From positions 32,001 to 96,000 of the forward strand of contig JBGSUI010000246.1 in assembly GCA_041736175.1 (NCBI GenBank): DNA of 64,000 nucleotides, written 5' to 3'. Origin of the DNA: Oligoflexales bacterium. GTDB lineage: Bacteria; Bdellovibrionota_B; Oligoflexia; Oligoflexales; CAIYRB01. The notes below the pieces were generated by a model, which was not told the DNA's origin, did no database searches, and saw only the letters and a list, made by a program, of their open reading frames with translations. The position numbers and the translations under genes were made by a program. Position 1 is the first letter of the stretch, and every line of letters starts with the position of its first letter. Positions 28,486 to 38,986 of the stretch are shown one piece after another.

Positions 28486-29246
28486 TCTGGTATGATAAAC
28501 CTATGGTCGAATCCCGCCAAAAACAAAAAGGTTATATAGAAACTCTCCTAGGGCGCTCCTTGAGGGTTTCGCCCCCAGCTCTCGTTTATTTCTTGGCCAT
28601 CTTGCTGATTATGCTGACCTCTGAGCCTAATTTTAGGTCCATGGTATTAGGCGTTGGCACAGTATTGAGTGGCTTTCTGGTGCAAATCTTTGCTGCGGGG
28701 TATGGCAGAAGGCCCACTGAGATTGTGGGCATCTACCGATGGGTTCGCTATCCCCTGGAACTGGGGAACTTTATGGTCCTGCTGGGAGTGGCCCTCTGTG
28801 GTAAACAGGTGGATATCATCTTGTTGATCTTGTTAGGGTGTGGGATCTATTTTGCCCAGGACTTACGGCATAGGGAATTACAAGAGGGTCTGGCTGCACA
28901 ACCTGAGGCTCTCCGTTACCAGAGGTTGGTGTCAGGGATGATGCCCTCATTATGGCCCGTAGCACAAAGGTTGGTATCTCCCCCATTAGGCCAAGTTCCG
29001 CCTTTTTCTCTAAAGCAGGCTTTTCTTGGGCAAATTCAGCGAAATATAAGACAAATTGACTTCTTTTTAGCCCATATTCTCTTGCTTTGCTGTTTATATA
29101 TAGGATATCGATACGCGGGGATTTTTCCATTTAATGGTTTATTTGCAGGATTACTGTTGGTCTTTGGACTTAGCCGAACTATGTATCTTGCACTGCGCGG
29201 TGACAGGAGGGGTAAACCAAAAATGGGACTTCACGACCAAGCCTAG
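28479..29246 (+). CDS. Isoprenylcysteine carboxyl methyltransferase/PEMT-like membrane protein
   Basis: GIYRWVRYPLELG motif; several hydrophobic segments. Confidence 0.6.
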   Translation: MVVWYDKPMVESRQKQKGYIETLLGRSLRVSPPALVYFLAILLIMLTSEPNFRSMVLGVGTVLSGFLVQIFAAGYGRRPTEIVGIYRWVRYPLELGNFMVLLGVALCGKQVDIILLILLGCGIYFAQDLRHRELQEGLAAQPEALRYQRLVSGMMPSLWPVAQRLVSPPLGQVPPFSLKQAFLGQIQRNIRQIDFFLAHILLLCCLYIGYRYAGIFPFNGLFAGLLLVFGLSRTMYLALRGDRRGKPKMGLHDQA

Positions 29247-29255
29247 GAGATCCTT

Positions 29256-30428
29256 ATGACTTCGATTGGACCCTACCCGGATTTTTTTCAAATCAGTGAT
29301 CTGCTCACTACGGATCAGCATTTGGCTATGGAAAGTGTGAGGAGCTTTGTAAAAAAGGAGGTTGAGCCGGTTATCCGAGATGCCTACCTAAATGAGGTTT
29401 TTCCCGAACATCTCCCGAGAGCCATGGGCGAAATGGGGCTGCTGGGCCCCCACTTAAAGGGTTATGGCCTGCCAGGTCTCGATCCGATTTCCTATGGTCT
29501 TATGATGCAGGAGTTGGAGAGGTGTGATTCCGGTCTCAGGAGTTTTGCATCGGTGCAGGGCGCTCTCGTGATGTACCCTATCTCAGAGTTTGGCAGTGAG
29601 GATCAAAAACAGCACTGGCTTCCAAGGCTCGCGTCAGGCATATCGATCGGCTGTTTTGGCCTCACCGAATCCCATGGTGGATCTGATCCAGGAGCGATGC
29701 TTACCGTAGCCACTAAAAAGGCTGGAGGCTGGCTTTTAAGCGGCAGTAAAACCTGGATCACCAATGGCTCACTTGCTGAGATCGCCGTCGTTTGGGCGCA
29801 GACAGACGAAGGAATTCGGGCTTTTCTAGTACCTACGAAATCCAAAGGTGTTTCCGTTAAGAAGATGACAGGCAAGCTCTCTCTGAGGGCTTCGGTCACC
29901 TCGGAGCTTTTTTTCGATAGCGTCCCATTGGAAAAAGAATCCATACTGCCGGGGGCGTTTGGTCTTAAGGCAGCGCTCAAATGTCTGACCCAAGCCCGAT
30001 ATGGCATATCCTGGGGTGTCCTTGGCGCTGCCGAGGCTTGTTTTGATGAAGCGGTTTCCTATGTCTCCGATCGAAAGACCTTTGGGCGGAGTTTAGGTCA
30101 CAACCAACTCATCCAACGAAAGCTGGCCATCATGCTTTCGAGAATAACCCAAGCCAAGCTCCTTGCCTTTAGACTAGGTCAACTTTCTCAAAGTGGAAAG
30201 ATGCATCATTCGCATGTGAGTATGGCCAAACAAAATAATGTGGAAGTAGCGCTTGAGACCGCCCGAGCCAGTAGAGATATATTAGGTGCCAATGGAATCA
30301 TGATCGAATATGCCTCGATGCGGCATTTATGTAACTTAGAAACCGTCTATACTTACGAGGGGACCAACGACATCCACCTCTTGGTCCTAGGAGCTGAAAT
30401 CACTGGAAAGCCAGCATTTGGAGCCTAA
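29256..30428 (+). CDS. gcdH: Glutaryl-CoA dehydrogenase-type acyl-CoA dehydrogenase
   Basis: ELERCDSGLRSFASVQGAL, GCFGLTE, GSKTWITN, TYEGTNDIH. Confidence 0.88.
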   Translation: MTSIGPYPDFFQISDLLTTDQHLAMESVRSFVKKEVEPVIRDAYLNEVFPEHLPRAMGEMGLLGPHLKGYGLPGLDPISYGLMMQELERCDSGLRSFASVQGALVMYPISEFGSEDQKQHWLPRLASGISIGCFGLTESHGGSDPGAMLTVATKKAGGWLLSGSKTWITNGSLAEIAVVWAQTDEGIRAFLVPTKSKGVSVKKMTGKLSLRASVTSELFFDSVPLEKESILPGAFGLKAALKCLTQARYGISWGVLGAAEACFDEAVSYVSDRKTFGRSLGHNQLIQRKLAIMLSRITQAKLLAFRLGQLSQSGKMHHSHVSMAKQNNVEVALETARASRDILGANGIMIEYASMRHLCNLETVYTYEGTNDIHLLVLGAEITGKPAFGA

Positions 30429-30434
30429 GCAACG

Positions 30435-30935
30435 ATGGATATTCATCTGATATTTATCTGGGTGATTTTGGCGGTGAGTTGCAAACGACCCAGTAGGTTT
30501 CAGCCTCTAGAAAACCCGGAGGAGAGGACGCTCGCTTTTCTAGCCTACTCTTCGCCGGAATCGGGTCCGGGGAAAAGTGTCTTGCCCCTTGAGTTTGAGT
30601 TGGACGAAAAAACCGGAAAGCCTCGTCATCGATTGGTCTTAAAGCTCGATTATTTTCCAAATCAAAAATCTTCGCAAGCGGGTCGTCAGATACCTAGCTG
30701 TCTAGAACCACTGAAAAATGACTTTGAAATTGGATTTTTGATATGCCAACGCAAAGCAGGAAGTCGGGTTTTACTCCAGGCAGGGATGGTAGACCAAGTC
30801 TGCTATACAAAGGTCCCTTCTATGCGAGTGGTTGCTCGGGACTCATTGGTTTTACCTGGCTGTAGTCGCGCAGAGGGGTATTTGCACCAGTTTGATCCCC
30901 AGCTGAGGCTCGACTTAGAGGCAAAAGATCTCTGA
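30435..30935 (+). CDS. Hypothetical lipoprotein
   Basis: LAVSC lipobox. Confidence 0.55.
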   Translation: MDIHLIFIWVILAVSCKRPSRFQPLENPEERTLAFLAYSSPESGPGKSVLPLEFELDEKTGKPRHRLVLKLDYFPNQKSSQAGRQIPSCLEPLKNDFEIGFLICQRKAGSRVLLQAGMVDQVCYTKVPSMRVVARDSLVLPGCSRAEGYLHQFDPQLRLDLEAKDL

Positions 30936-31042
30936 GAGCTAGCGGAAAATGCGTCTTGTGATTTGCATTGTTTTAGGTTTCAATGTCAACAATGAGTCAG
31001 GACATGTGTTCAGTAGCTAAATTAAAAATTTAAAGGAATTTA

Positions 31043-31555
31043 ATGATGAGAAATTTAATGGTTGGAGCCTTTCTGGCGCTGTCGAGCCATTTGGGATTTG
31101 CTGCACAAATCAATCTTAATGATGTAAAGCTTCCTTGGAAAAACGCACCAGTGCCTAATGCAGTCTATGATCTCAGTGAGGAGCCTAATCAAGTTTACGT
31201 GTTTGAAGTGTATAGTATCGGCTGCCATTGGTGCAACGAGAATGCCCCAAAAGTCCAAGAATTAGCTAAAGAATTTGCAAGCAGTGCCAATGTTCAGTTT
31301 ATGGATCTGGGCTTAGATACCCGCGAGTTAGACTATACCCGCTGGATTAAGACCCATGCACCGAGTTATCCTGTCGTCCAAGACCTTGGTAAAAAAGTTT
31401 ACAATGCACTAAGCCAAGCCAATGCAATCCCCCAAACTTTTGTCGTTGATTGCAAGGGTCAGCTTGTAGGCAGTACCATAGGCTTTTGGCAAGATGGTGA
31501 GAAGCAAACGATAAAAAATGCTATCGAAAAGGCTCAACAGACTGTCTGTGACTAG
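31043..31555 (+). CDS. Exported TlpA-like thioredoxin-fold protein
   Basis: Signal peptide, CHWC motif, IPQTFVVD cis-Pro loop. Confidence 0.82.
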   Translation: MMRNLMVGAFLALSSHLGFAAQINLNDVKLPWKNAPVPNAVYDLSEEPNQVYVFEVYSIGCHWCNENAPKVQELAKEFASSANVQFMDLGLDTRELDYTRWIKTHAPSYPVVQDLGKKVYNALSQANAIPQTFVVDCKGQLVGSTIGFWQDGEKQTIKNAIEKAQQTVCD

Positions 31556-31587
31556 GTATTTATCCACCTGATATTATAGACTCTATT

Positions 31588-31626
31588 AAACCCCTACCGT
31601 GATTTTAGGTCATCGGTAGGGGTTTT
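31588..31626 (+). terminator. Intrinsic terminator
   Basis: AAACCCCTACCG...CGGTAGGGGTTTT. Confidence 0.75.
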
Positions 31627-31642
31627 ACCTTGAGAATTTCAC

Positions 31643-31669
31643 TCAGGTGAATTTTATTAATCCCGATAC
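31643..31669 (+). promoter_or_regulatory. Sigma28-like promoter
   Basis: TCAGGTGA-N11-CCCGATAC upstream of ATG 31724. Confidence 0.55.
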
Positions 31670-31723
31670 TTCATTCTAGGGACGCCTTTTGCCTAATCGC
31701 GTCTTTTGGAAACCTGAGGTAAC

Positions 31724-34027
31724 ATGGGATATCAATTTAAAACCAATTTAGAGAATGCAAATAAGCTGATATTTGTAAAGAAATATCATGAAGCAAAAAG
31801 AATTTTAGATCAGTTACTAAATAAGGATGAGCATAAGAAAAATCTGCTTATCCACCTCCGAAGGATTGAATTGGCAGTGATGCTGAAAGGATTGGAGGCT
31901 TTAAAGCGCGACTATATTGAGGGGTTGAAAGACCCTGAGTCAGCAGAATGTTCCAAGATATGCCTGGCTTTTATTGATCAACACGGGGAATTAATAAATC
32001 ACAATCAGTCTACTTCTGTTTTCCAAAATTTATTGAAAGAATATGGGCCATCTGCTGCTCTGTATTTTGGTATCGGCTATAGTATGGAACATTTAGCAAA
32101 TTTCGATCGAGCCATCTTTAATTATGAGCAAACTCTTAAAGAGGACCCAACTTGGTATGTGGCTCATTTTGGTTTATCGCAAATCTACTATCAAATGGGA
32201 GATGAAAAACGCGGTGATCATTTTTTCTATCTTTTTGAACAAGCTGCGCCTTACAACGTCTATGGAAACTTTGAAACCCACCGCAAATTAAGCCGTGATT
32301 TTCTCGAAAAAGAAATGTTTGAAGAAGCAGAGCTTGCAATCCAGGCGCTTGGACAGTGGTGGCAGGAAAATAAAGGATCCTGCCCGATCGAAATCCGCGT
32401 CTACGAACTGCTTGCGACTGCAAAGATTTCCGAGCTTCAAAGCGATCATCATTCAGTAGAAATCAGAAGAACAAAAGCCTTTGGCCTTTGCCAGCAAGTC
32501 TTAGACGAAGGGACTTCCAGTGAGAATGTGAACTACTTTATCGCCAAAATTCTTGAAGAACATGGTGAGTTTCACCGGGCATTGGCATTTTATAAACGAA
32601 TCCTCAAAAGTGAGCAGGGCTCTCCGGCAATGGTGCAAAAAATTGGGGGGCAGTTTATTTCCCATGGTGAGTACGGCTTGGCAAAAGAGATTTTTCAGGA
32701 TGCCTATGAGTCACATCCAGATAATCAAGACATAAGATTTTGTCTACTCGTATCGAATCTAAAACTAGCCAATGTGAATGTCGAAGAGTATTTGATTGGT
32801 CGGGAGCGCCTACGACAGCTCGTTGAAAATGGTGGGGACAAAGTTGAATTACTGGCATTACTCCACAGTTTACTCGCGAAATTTAGTCAGGATCCGGAGG
32901 TCCATTTCCAGCTTGCCGAAGCCTATCTCAAAATGGGAAATTTAGATCGAGCTTCGCGACATTTCGAAACCATGTTTAAGCTTGATCCAAAAAATGTCAA
33001 GACAGGACTCCGATATTCGGCCTATTTGATGCAGTATAAAAACCCAGAGGAAGCGCTGGTCATTATCGAATCGATGGATAACTTCAAACATGCAACATCC
33101 GAAGTTCAAGTAGAAGCTGATTGGCTAAAAGCCAACTATTATGCGCGAAAAAGGGAGTACGGACAGTCTACAGATTTACTCAGAAAGATATTGGCTGTTG
33201 ATCCGTGGAATGTCTCCTATCTAGTCCAAGAAGTCATTAATCTTACTCAAATCTCAACTATCGACCCAGAATTTCGCAAGACCGATTCGGTTTTGAGTAG
33301 TCTATCATCCACGGATGAATCAAAAATCGATTGGGCTGAATACGATCGTTTTACAAATAAACTAGACGAACTGCATGCCTACGAACTGGTCTATGTTCGG
33401 AGAAAATTGAGGTATCTATACGGGAGCGGCTCCGAAACTCTCCTACTAGATCTTATTAGATCAGCATGTAGGTTCGATGCATCCCGAGCAACCTATGATT
33501 TTATGAGGCTACTTAATACTAATTTTGATAGCTACAATATTTATTGGGCTTTGGGAACTTTATTTAAGGAGCTCTGGCAACTAGAAACGGCGTCAGTGTT
33601 TTTCGAACAAATGTTGTTGCATCCTTCAGCGACGCCTGAATCTCGCGCTAAGTCCTACTTAGAACTGGCAGATTGCTTTATTTGGCAGGGTAAATCCCTT
33701 ACGAAAGCCCTTGAATATGCTAAAATTGGCTATGATATCGACAATCAAACTGACTCTAAGTATTTAAGAGTCTTAGCTCATGCTAACCTAAAGCTCGGGT
33801 TTATTAGGCAGGCCAAATCCTATTTAGAGCAAATTGATATCCTTGGCGATCATGAAGCAAGGTATCTTCAGGGTTTGCTTCATTATAGAAATGGAGATAG
33901 GACACGTGCAAACGAAATATGGAAGCCTTTGCTGACTGTGAGGAGTGAAAATTTGCGATTTCACAATATTAAACAGGAAGTCCTTAAATTTTATTTTGAA
34001 GGTGCTCCCTACTTAAAAGTCAATTAG
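31724..34027 (+). CDS. Large TPR-repeat protein
   Basis: Multiple TPR consensus helices, e.g. PEVHFQLAEAYLKMGNLDRASRHFETMFKLDP. Confidence 0.85.
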   Translation: MGYQFKTNLENANKLIFVKKYHEAKRILDQLLNKDEHKKNLLIHLRRIELAVMLKGLEALKRDYIEGLKDPESAECSKICLAFIDQHGELINHNQSTSVFQNLLKEYGPSAALYFGIGYSMEHLANFDRAIFNYEQTLKEDPTWYVAHFGLSQIYYQMGDEKRGDHFFYLFEQAAPYNVYGNFETHRKLSRDFLEKEMFEEAELAIQALGQWWQENKGSCPIEIRVYELLATAKISELQSDHHSVEIRRTKAFGLCQQVLDEGTSSENVNYFIAKILEEHGEFHRALAFYKRILKSEQGSPAMVQKIGGQFISHGEYGLAKEIFQDAYESHPDNQDIRFCLLVSNLKLANVNVEEYLIGRERLRQLVENGGDKVELLALLHSLLAKFSQDPEVHFQLAEAYLKMGNLDRASRHFETMFKLDPKNVKTGLRYSAYLMQYKNPEEALVIIESMDNFKHATSEVQVEADWLKANYYARKREYGQSTDLLRKILAVDPWNVSYLVQEVINLTQISTIDPEFRKTDSVLSSLSSTDESKIDWAEYDRFTNKLDELHAYELVYVRRKLRYLYGSGSETLLLDLIRSACRFDASRATYDFMRLLNTNFDSYNIYWALGTLFKELWQLETASVFFEQMLLHPSATPESRAKSYLELADCFIWQGKSLTKALEYAKIGYDIDNQTDSKYLRVLAHANLKLGFIRQAKSYLEQIDILGDHEARYLQGLLHYRNGDRTRANEIWKPLLTVRSENLRFHNIKQEVLKFYFEGAPYLKVN

Positions 34028-34468
34028 TTAAAAATTGGCGAATCTTCTCATCCTTGCCTTAACATTTGAAGGCTTGGACCAAACGAAAAAAAAAATGAGT
34101 TGACTTAGAGGGCAATTTCTGGAAAATAGAGGCGAGCTAAAGACCATATTATTAACGTAAACCTTAACCCTGTTTTTTTAAACAAGGGCGGGAAAAGGTG
34201 AGTCTGGCTGTTAATAGCAGCAGGTCCCTTGAGACCCCTTGAAATAAGTTCAGGTCAGATCTTATTAACAGACTGAAATTGCGGACTAATTTTGTAAAAG
34301 TAAGACAGGGGTAAAGTTTAAGGTGGGATGTACCGATAGGGGACAAAGTAAAAGGGACAGAGGTTAATCAAGTTTTAAGTAAAGTTTATGAAGGTTGTGG
34401 GTTTTATTAACCGTCTCTAGGAGTCTTTTGTGAAGATTAAAATTGAAAGGATCCGGGGGGGAAGAGAA

Positions 34469-34750
34469 ATGGCAATTTCATCGACTGAGAATTGTGCAAA
34501 TTGTGGGGCAGATTCTAAGTGTCGCCGCAGAGATTTTAGCGAACAAGCATGGAGTGTTTTGTTACTCTGGAAAGAGGTACAAACTTCTACAGTGGACCAA
34601 GCAATCTGCGAAGATTGTTACAACGAACTCAGAGAAGTTTTAATCGACAGAGCAGATGAGATTGAGGATGCAGTCGGTGGTAAGTCCACTATCGGGACTT
34701 CGGTCCAAAATAGAATTCAGGACTCCAATAAGGAGAGAAAAGCTAGTTAA
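34469..34750 (+). CDS. Small putative zinc-binding protein
   Basis: CANC and CEDC pairs; ATG 34469 after a G-rich ribosome-binding site. Confidence 0.65.
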   Translation: MAISSTENCANCGADSKCRRRDFSEQAWSVLLLWKEVQTSTVDQAICEDCYNELREVLIDRADEIEDAVGGKSTIGTSVQNRIQDSNKERKAS

Positions 34751-34926
34751 TTTAATCTTAGTTTGGTTCCATCCCGCGCTAGTGGTTACTCAATGGTTAG
34801 ACCGATGGGTTGTCTCTAGCTTTAAGTACAAGTGGATGTTCTTAGAAAAAATATATATTTCTGGCTAATATTTTTTCTTTTTGGATAGTTGCAGTCGAAA
34901 GTTGAGAGCCATTGCGCAATGGCGTC

Positions 34927-34953
34927 TAAAGTTTAGACGATATCGACCGATCA
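34927..34953 (+). promoter_or_regulatory. Sigma28 (FliA)-type promoter
   Basis: TAAAGTTT-N11-ACCGATCA, close to the consensus TAAAGTTT-N11-GCCGATAA. Confidence 0.75.
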
Positions 34954-34990
34954 TTGTCTTGATTCTCTTCTCATATAGGAGCTTCTACCG

Positions 34991-36550
34991 ATGGTCGATA
35001 TAAGAAGTGTTGATAAGCTTTTCCAAAATTCTGTAAAAGCTATCAAAGCATTCTCACCTAGCGAGGCTTATCGTCAGGGTTTTCAATTATTTAAAGAAAA
35101 GAATTTTTCGGCTAGCATAGAGATAGTGTCTCGGCATCTATGCGATCATGATAGCCATGCCGACAAATTTATGGCCTACCGTCTTTGGATCGAATGTTTA
35201 GCAGAAATGCACGATCATAAATCGTTAGAAATGGTCGGAAATCACCTGGTAAATTTAGTGGATCATAATGAACAAGATTTTGCATCCTATGTTGCCTTAG
35301 GTGGACTGGCGTTTTTAGAGGCAGATTCCTTTGGCAGGTCACGTCTTATGGCAAGGTGCGTGATTGGGAGAGAAAATCCTTATGTTCATGAACTGGTTCA
35401 GAGATTACGCCTAAGGGTCGGACAAGGGGGGCGAGAGCCCTATCTATTAAGGTCTCAGGTTCCTTTTATCGACTATTTCCAATGGGATTTGATGGTTTAC
35501 TGTGTTGATCTTTGGGTAGAAGGTTCGGATAAGATCAAACAAAAAGCAAATGATATCGTGACCAAAGAATTTAAGGATCATATCAGACTTAAATTAGCAA
35601 AATATCATGAATATATAGAAAATGGTCTCTTTGCAGCAGCTAATCTTGTTGCCGATATGCTTCACCAAACATACCCCAAACAGGACAATTTTTTGTTATT
35701 AAAATCTTTTGCTTCTTACGAAGATGGTGATTATCCCACAGCGAGGAAAGGTCTGTCAGAATACGTAAGGCGAAATCCTACCGCAGATGTTGAGGTTTTG
35801 GGACTTTTAGGAATGTGCCATGGGAAAATCGGAGATGGTGAGAATGCTTCTAAAATACTACGGGATGCTATTGAGATTGGAAGTATTGAAGGTATATCTA
35901 TTTCAGATATGGCTATAGAGCTAGGAAACATCACAGATGAGTTGAGTCTTAGTCAAGTAGGGAACCAAAACGAAGATCCCCAACAAGATGGATCAGTCCA
36001 AAACTGGATGATAAAGCTCAGCCAGAGTCGTTATTTTCAGTTGATGAATAGTTCTCCAGATGTGGTCGATCGGTTGCTGCTACCCCTAGGGGCAGTCCCA
36101 AAAGAAGGTGATTTTGTATTTTTTGCTGCTGGAGAAAAGGTAGAAACGGAGTATTTTTGGAATGTCGTCGCCGTCTATGTGGTTGATAGTAAACCCATAA
36201 GACATAGTCGTCATGAGTACCTCTCCGTTGTTAAACTTATCTCTAGGCTGCCGATCACAGTGCCGATTGATGTCTCGGTCAGGGAAGATCATTTAGAAGA
36301 ACTTTCAAAAGATGATTTAGAGGAATTAGGCTGGTCCTATGATAGAAAGGCTGTTAAAAAAATTGCCAAGAAATTCGGCCTTAAAATACCACAAAACTAT
36401 GCTAACTTGCCTAAAGGCTATCCCTTTAGATATGGAGTCTATCAGCTAGATGTCGGAGCCCTTGAATTGATTGAAAAGGCTATCGAAAACCAGTCTCAAA
36501 ATCTGATAGATCGCAGAATTAAGCATTCGATCCGAAGGCCAACAGCATAA
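34991..36550 (+). CDS. TPR-like helical protein with C-terminal beta domain
   Basis: VEVLGLLGMCHGKIGDGENASKILRDAIE TPR-like segment; TAGGAG ribosome-binding site. Confidence 0.6.
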   Translation: MVDIRSVDKLFQNSVKAIKAFSPSEAYRQGFQLFKEKNFSASIEIVSRHLCDHDSHADKFMAYRLWIECLAEMHDHKSLEMVGNHLVNLVDHNEQDFASYVALGGLAFLEADSFGRSRLMARCVIGRENPYVHELVQRLRLRVGQGGREPYLLRSQVPFIDYFQWDLMVYCVDLWVEGSDKIKQKANDIVTKEFKDHIRLKLAKYHEYIENGLFAAANLVADMLHQTYPKQDNFLLLKSFASYEDGDYPTARKGLSEYVRRNPTADVEVLGLLGMCHGKIGDGENASKILRDAIEIGSIEGISISDMAIELGNITDELSLSQVGNQNEDPQQDGSVQNWMIKLSQSRYFQLMNSSPDVVDRLLLPLGAVPKEGDFVFFAAGEKVETEYFWNVVAVYVVDSKPIRHSRHEYLSVVKLISRLPITVPIDVSVREDHLEELSKDDLEELGWSYDRKAVKKIAKKFGLKIPQNYANLPKGYPFRYGVYQLDVGALELIEKAIENQSQNLIDRRIKHSIRRPTA

Positions 36551-36570
36551 TAAGAAGTTTGAGATAACTT

Positions 36571-37476
36571 ATGGATAAGCAAAAAATTATATATGTCCTA
36601 TACTTGTTGGCTACAATGTTTATACATTCCAGGTCGCCTGCAAATCCTAACGAAGTGATTGCTACTGGCGGCCAAATAAAGCTTAGGGATGGTGAGTTCA
36701 AAATAGCCATCCCGAAAGGGTGGAGTGTTTATACCAATATTCCTGGGCAAACTCTGCTTGCCCAAGGTCCAAAGCAAGGAGATGTGGGCTTTAGGAGAGC
36801 CATTCAAGTGATGACCTTTGGGGGTCCAAGATATCTTGATGAGGTCACTGCCACAGAGTTTAACGAGCTTATTGCCCGAAAGTTTGAAGCTGCGTCAACC
36901 TCAATGACCAACTATCAGATGAATAATCATATGAGGGTTGAGTTGGCTGATCGGAGGCCAGCGCTTTTATTCTATTCGGAATTTGAACAAGACCAAAAAA
37001 AATATATGCAGGCTCACCTCTTGGTTTCCAACTTGGAGCGGCATTTTTTAATGTCCTATACAGATGCGGCAGAGCATTTTGCGAATGATGCTAGGACACC
37101 AAACCTCAACGAAGCTTGGCAGTCTCTGATATCCGCCGAAGTCGAAGGACCAACCCCCGTAAGGTACCGGATATTTTTTCAAGTAGGTGGTATGGTTGGG
37201 CTACTTCTAGTGTCGATGCTAGGGTTGGGTCTCTACCGGAAGCTTTCCCACAGAAAATATGAGCAAGAGCTCAAGTCGGAGTTTTCTGAGGATCTCTCTA
37301 CGGTACAAAACAAGCCCCCCAAGCAGGTAAGTGGTCCCAGCGCCTCCCTATACGAAGATCAAGATGAGATTGAGTCCCTCCATGATTCACACGATCGAGT
37401 GCCTTTAGATGAGTCAGATGAGGCCCAAGCTCTTAAAAAAGTTAAAAAGCCTAAGGATGATGGTATTGCCGGATGA
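36571..37476 (+). CDS. Hypothetical membrane-anchored protein (possible PsbP/DcrB-like periplasmic domain, TM helix, acidic tail)
   Basis: Signal peptide, FKIAIPKGW, TM segment VGGMVGLLLVSMLGLGLY. Confidence 0.6.
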   Translation: MDKQKIIYVLYLLATMFIHSRSPANPNEVIATGGQIKLRDGEFKIAIPKGWSVYTNIPGQTLLAQGPKQGDVGFRRAIQVMTFGGPRYLDEVTATEFNELIARKFEAASTSMTNYQMNNHMRVELADRRPALLFYSEFEQDQKKYMQAHLLVSNLERHFLMSYTDAAEHFANDARTPNLNEAWQSLISAEVEGPTPVRYRIFFQVGGMVGLLLVSMLGLGLYRKLSHRKYEQELKSEFSEDLSTVQNKPPKQVSGPSASLYEDQDEIESLHDSHDRVPLDESDEAQALKKVKKPKDDGIAG

Positions 37477-37556
37477 CGTGGTGGGTGTTGTAGGTGGTTC
37501 GGATTTTACGACTACGGCGTAGCTGTGGTAAAATCACCTAAACATGTAGGCCTTGA

Positions 37557-38678
37557 TTGAGAGGCTGGGAGTGTCCAGTGTTTACGGGAATGGCCTTCCA
37601 AAATCGCGTTTTAAAATTATTGGATCAAAGAGCGTTGCCTACCCACGAATTATGGGTGGAGTTGAGCACAGGGGAGCAGGTTGCTCAAGCCATCGAATCG
37701 ATGGTTGTAAGAGGAGCGCCAGCCATCGCAGCAGCGGCGCTCTTCGGAATAGCGCTAGAGGTGAACGCTGTGGCGGCAGCGGAGCCAACCGCGGAATGGG
37801 GCGGGTTTCAAGGTCAGTTTGCAGGGTTGCTCAATCGATTTAGAAAAACCCGTCCCACCGCCGTCAATCTTTTTGCTGTCTTGTCGAGTCTTAGTCGACA
37901 GAGCCAACATTACGCTCCCCATAAACCAATAGTCGAGGCGGCCGAAGAAATCCTAAAGTATGCGACAAACTATTTTGAGTCCGATCTGGCCCGCAATCGC
38001 TCCATAGGAAGTTTCGGGGCGGATTTGATCACCTCACAATATTTGGCTAAATGTGAACCTAAAGTCCGTAGTCTTGGAGTAGCCCCTCAACTGTCCGTCA
38101 TGACCCATTGCAATACAGGGAGTTTGGCAACCGGTGGCTTTGGAACGGCTCTCGGAGTGATTAGAACCCTCCACGAGCGAAATCAGATCAAACTTGTTTA
38201 CGTCAACGAAACCCGGCCATGGCACCAGGGGTCACGCTTGACTGCCTATGAGCTGCGGGGGGAGGGAATACCCTATAAACTCATCGTGGATAGTGCAGCG
38301 GCCTTTGCCATGAAGAGAGAAGGGGTCGATGCCGTCATCGTCGGGGCTGACCGGATTGCAGCCAATGGAGACACTGCCAACAAAATAGGGACCTATCACT
38401 TGGCGGTCGCCGCTGCTTTCCATGGGATAGGATTTTATGTGGCGGCTTCCTTGGACACCATCGATGTAAGCATTGCCTCTGGCAGCAGCATCCACATCGA
38501 AGAGCGGGCTGCCGATGAGGTCCGAAAAAGCGGAGAGCGTCAGCTAGCGCCCGCTGATGCATCTGTCTGGAATCCATCCTTTGATATCACCCCGGGAGAC
38601 CTGATTGGTGGAATGATCACGGAAGCAGGGGTGATCCAGCCTCCCTATGATTTTTCCAGGAGCGCCCTATTCCCTTGA
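37557..38678 (+). CDS. mtnA: S-methyl-5-thioribose-1-phosphate isomerase (true start probably 37578 or 37590)
   Basis: LLDQRALP, MVVRGAPAI, RPTAVNL, THCNTGSLAT, ETRP, GADRIAANGDTANKIGTY. Confidence 0.95.
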   Translation: MRGWECPVFTGMAFQNRVLKLLDQRALPTHELWVELSTGEQVAQAIESMVVRGAPAIAAAALFGIALEVNAVAAAEPTAEWGGFQGQFAGLLNRFRKTRPTAVNLFAVLSSLSRQSQHYAPHKPIVEAAEEILKYATNYFESDLARNRSIGSFGADLITSQYLAKCEPKVRSLGVAPQLSVMTHCNTGSLATGGFGTALGVIRTLHERNQIKLVYVNETRPWHQGSRLTAYELRGEGIPYKLIVDSAAAFAMKREGVDAVIVGADRIAANGDTANKIGTYHLAVAAAFHGIGFYVAASLDTIDVSIASGSSIHIEERAADEVRKSGERQLAPADASVWNPSFDITPGDLIGGMITEAGVIQPPYDFSRSALFP

Positions 38679-38732
38679 CAAAAGACCCCGTCCCCTGACA
38701 TATTCCTTTTCTCTTGTTGGGACCCTAAGAAA

Positions 38733-38809
38733 GGGCGTTTAGCTCAGCTGGTTAGAGCACCTCGTTTACACCGAGGGGGTCTGCGGTTCGAATCCGTAAA
38801 CGCCCACCA
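38733..38809 (+). tRNA. tRNA-Val(TAC)
   Basis: Acceptor GGGCGTT/AACGCCC, anticodon arm CCTCG-TTTACAC-CGAGG, GGTTCGAATCC, encoded CCA; TTGACA at 38675. Confidence 0.97.
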
Positions 38810-38873
38810 TTTCTTGATCCAAAGGGTTTTTGTGAGAGCAGCCTCCTATGGCTGGAGTTTTTTGTCGATATTG

Positions 38874-38950
38874 GCACCCTTAGCTCAGTTGGATAGAGCA
38901 TCAGGCTTCGAACCTGAGGGTCGGGCGTTCGAGTCGCTCAGGGTGCGCCA
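38874..38950 (+). tRNA. tRNA-Arg(TCG)
   Basis: Acceptor GCACCCT/AGGGTGC, anticodon arm TCAGG-CTTCGAA-CCTGA, GTTCGAGTC, CCA. Confidence 0.96.
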
Positions 38951-38986
38951 TTATCGAAACAATTGTTTCCACGGCCTTTAAAAAGG

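Noticed and set aside
34086..34095. Homopolymer tracts as phase-variation switches (also near 34455 and 43401)
   Set aside because: Short, intergenic and not associated with a broken reading frame
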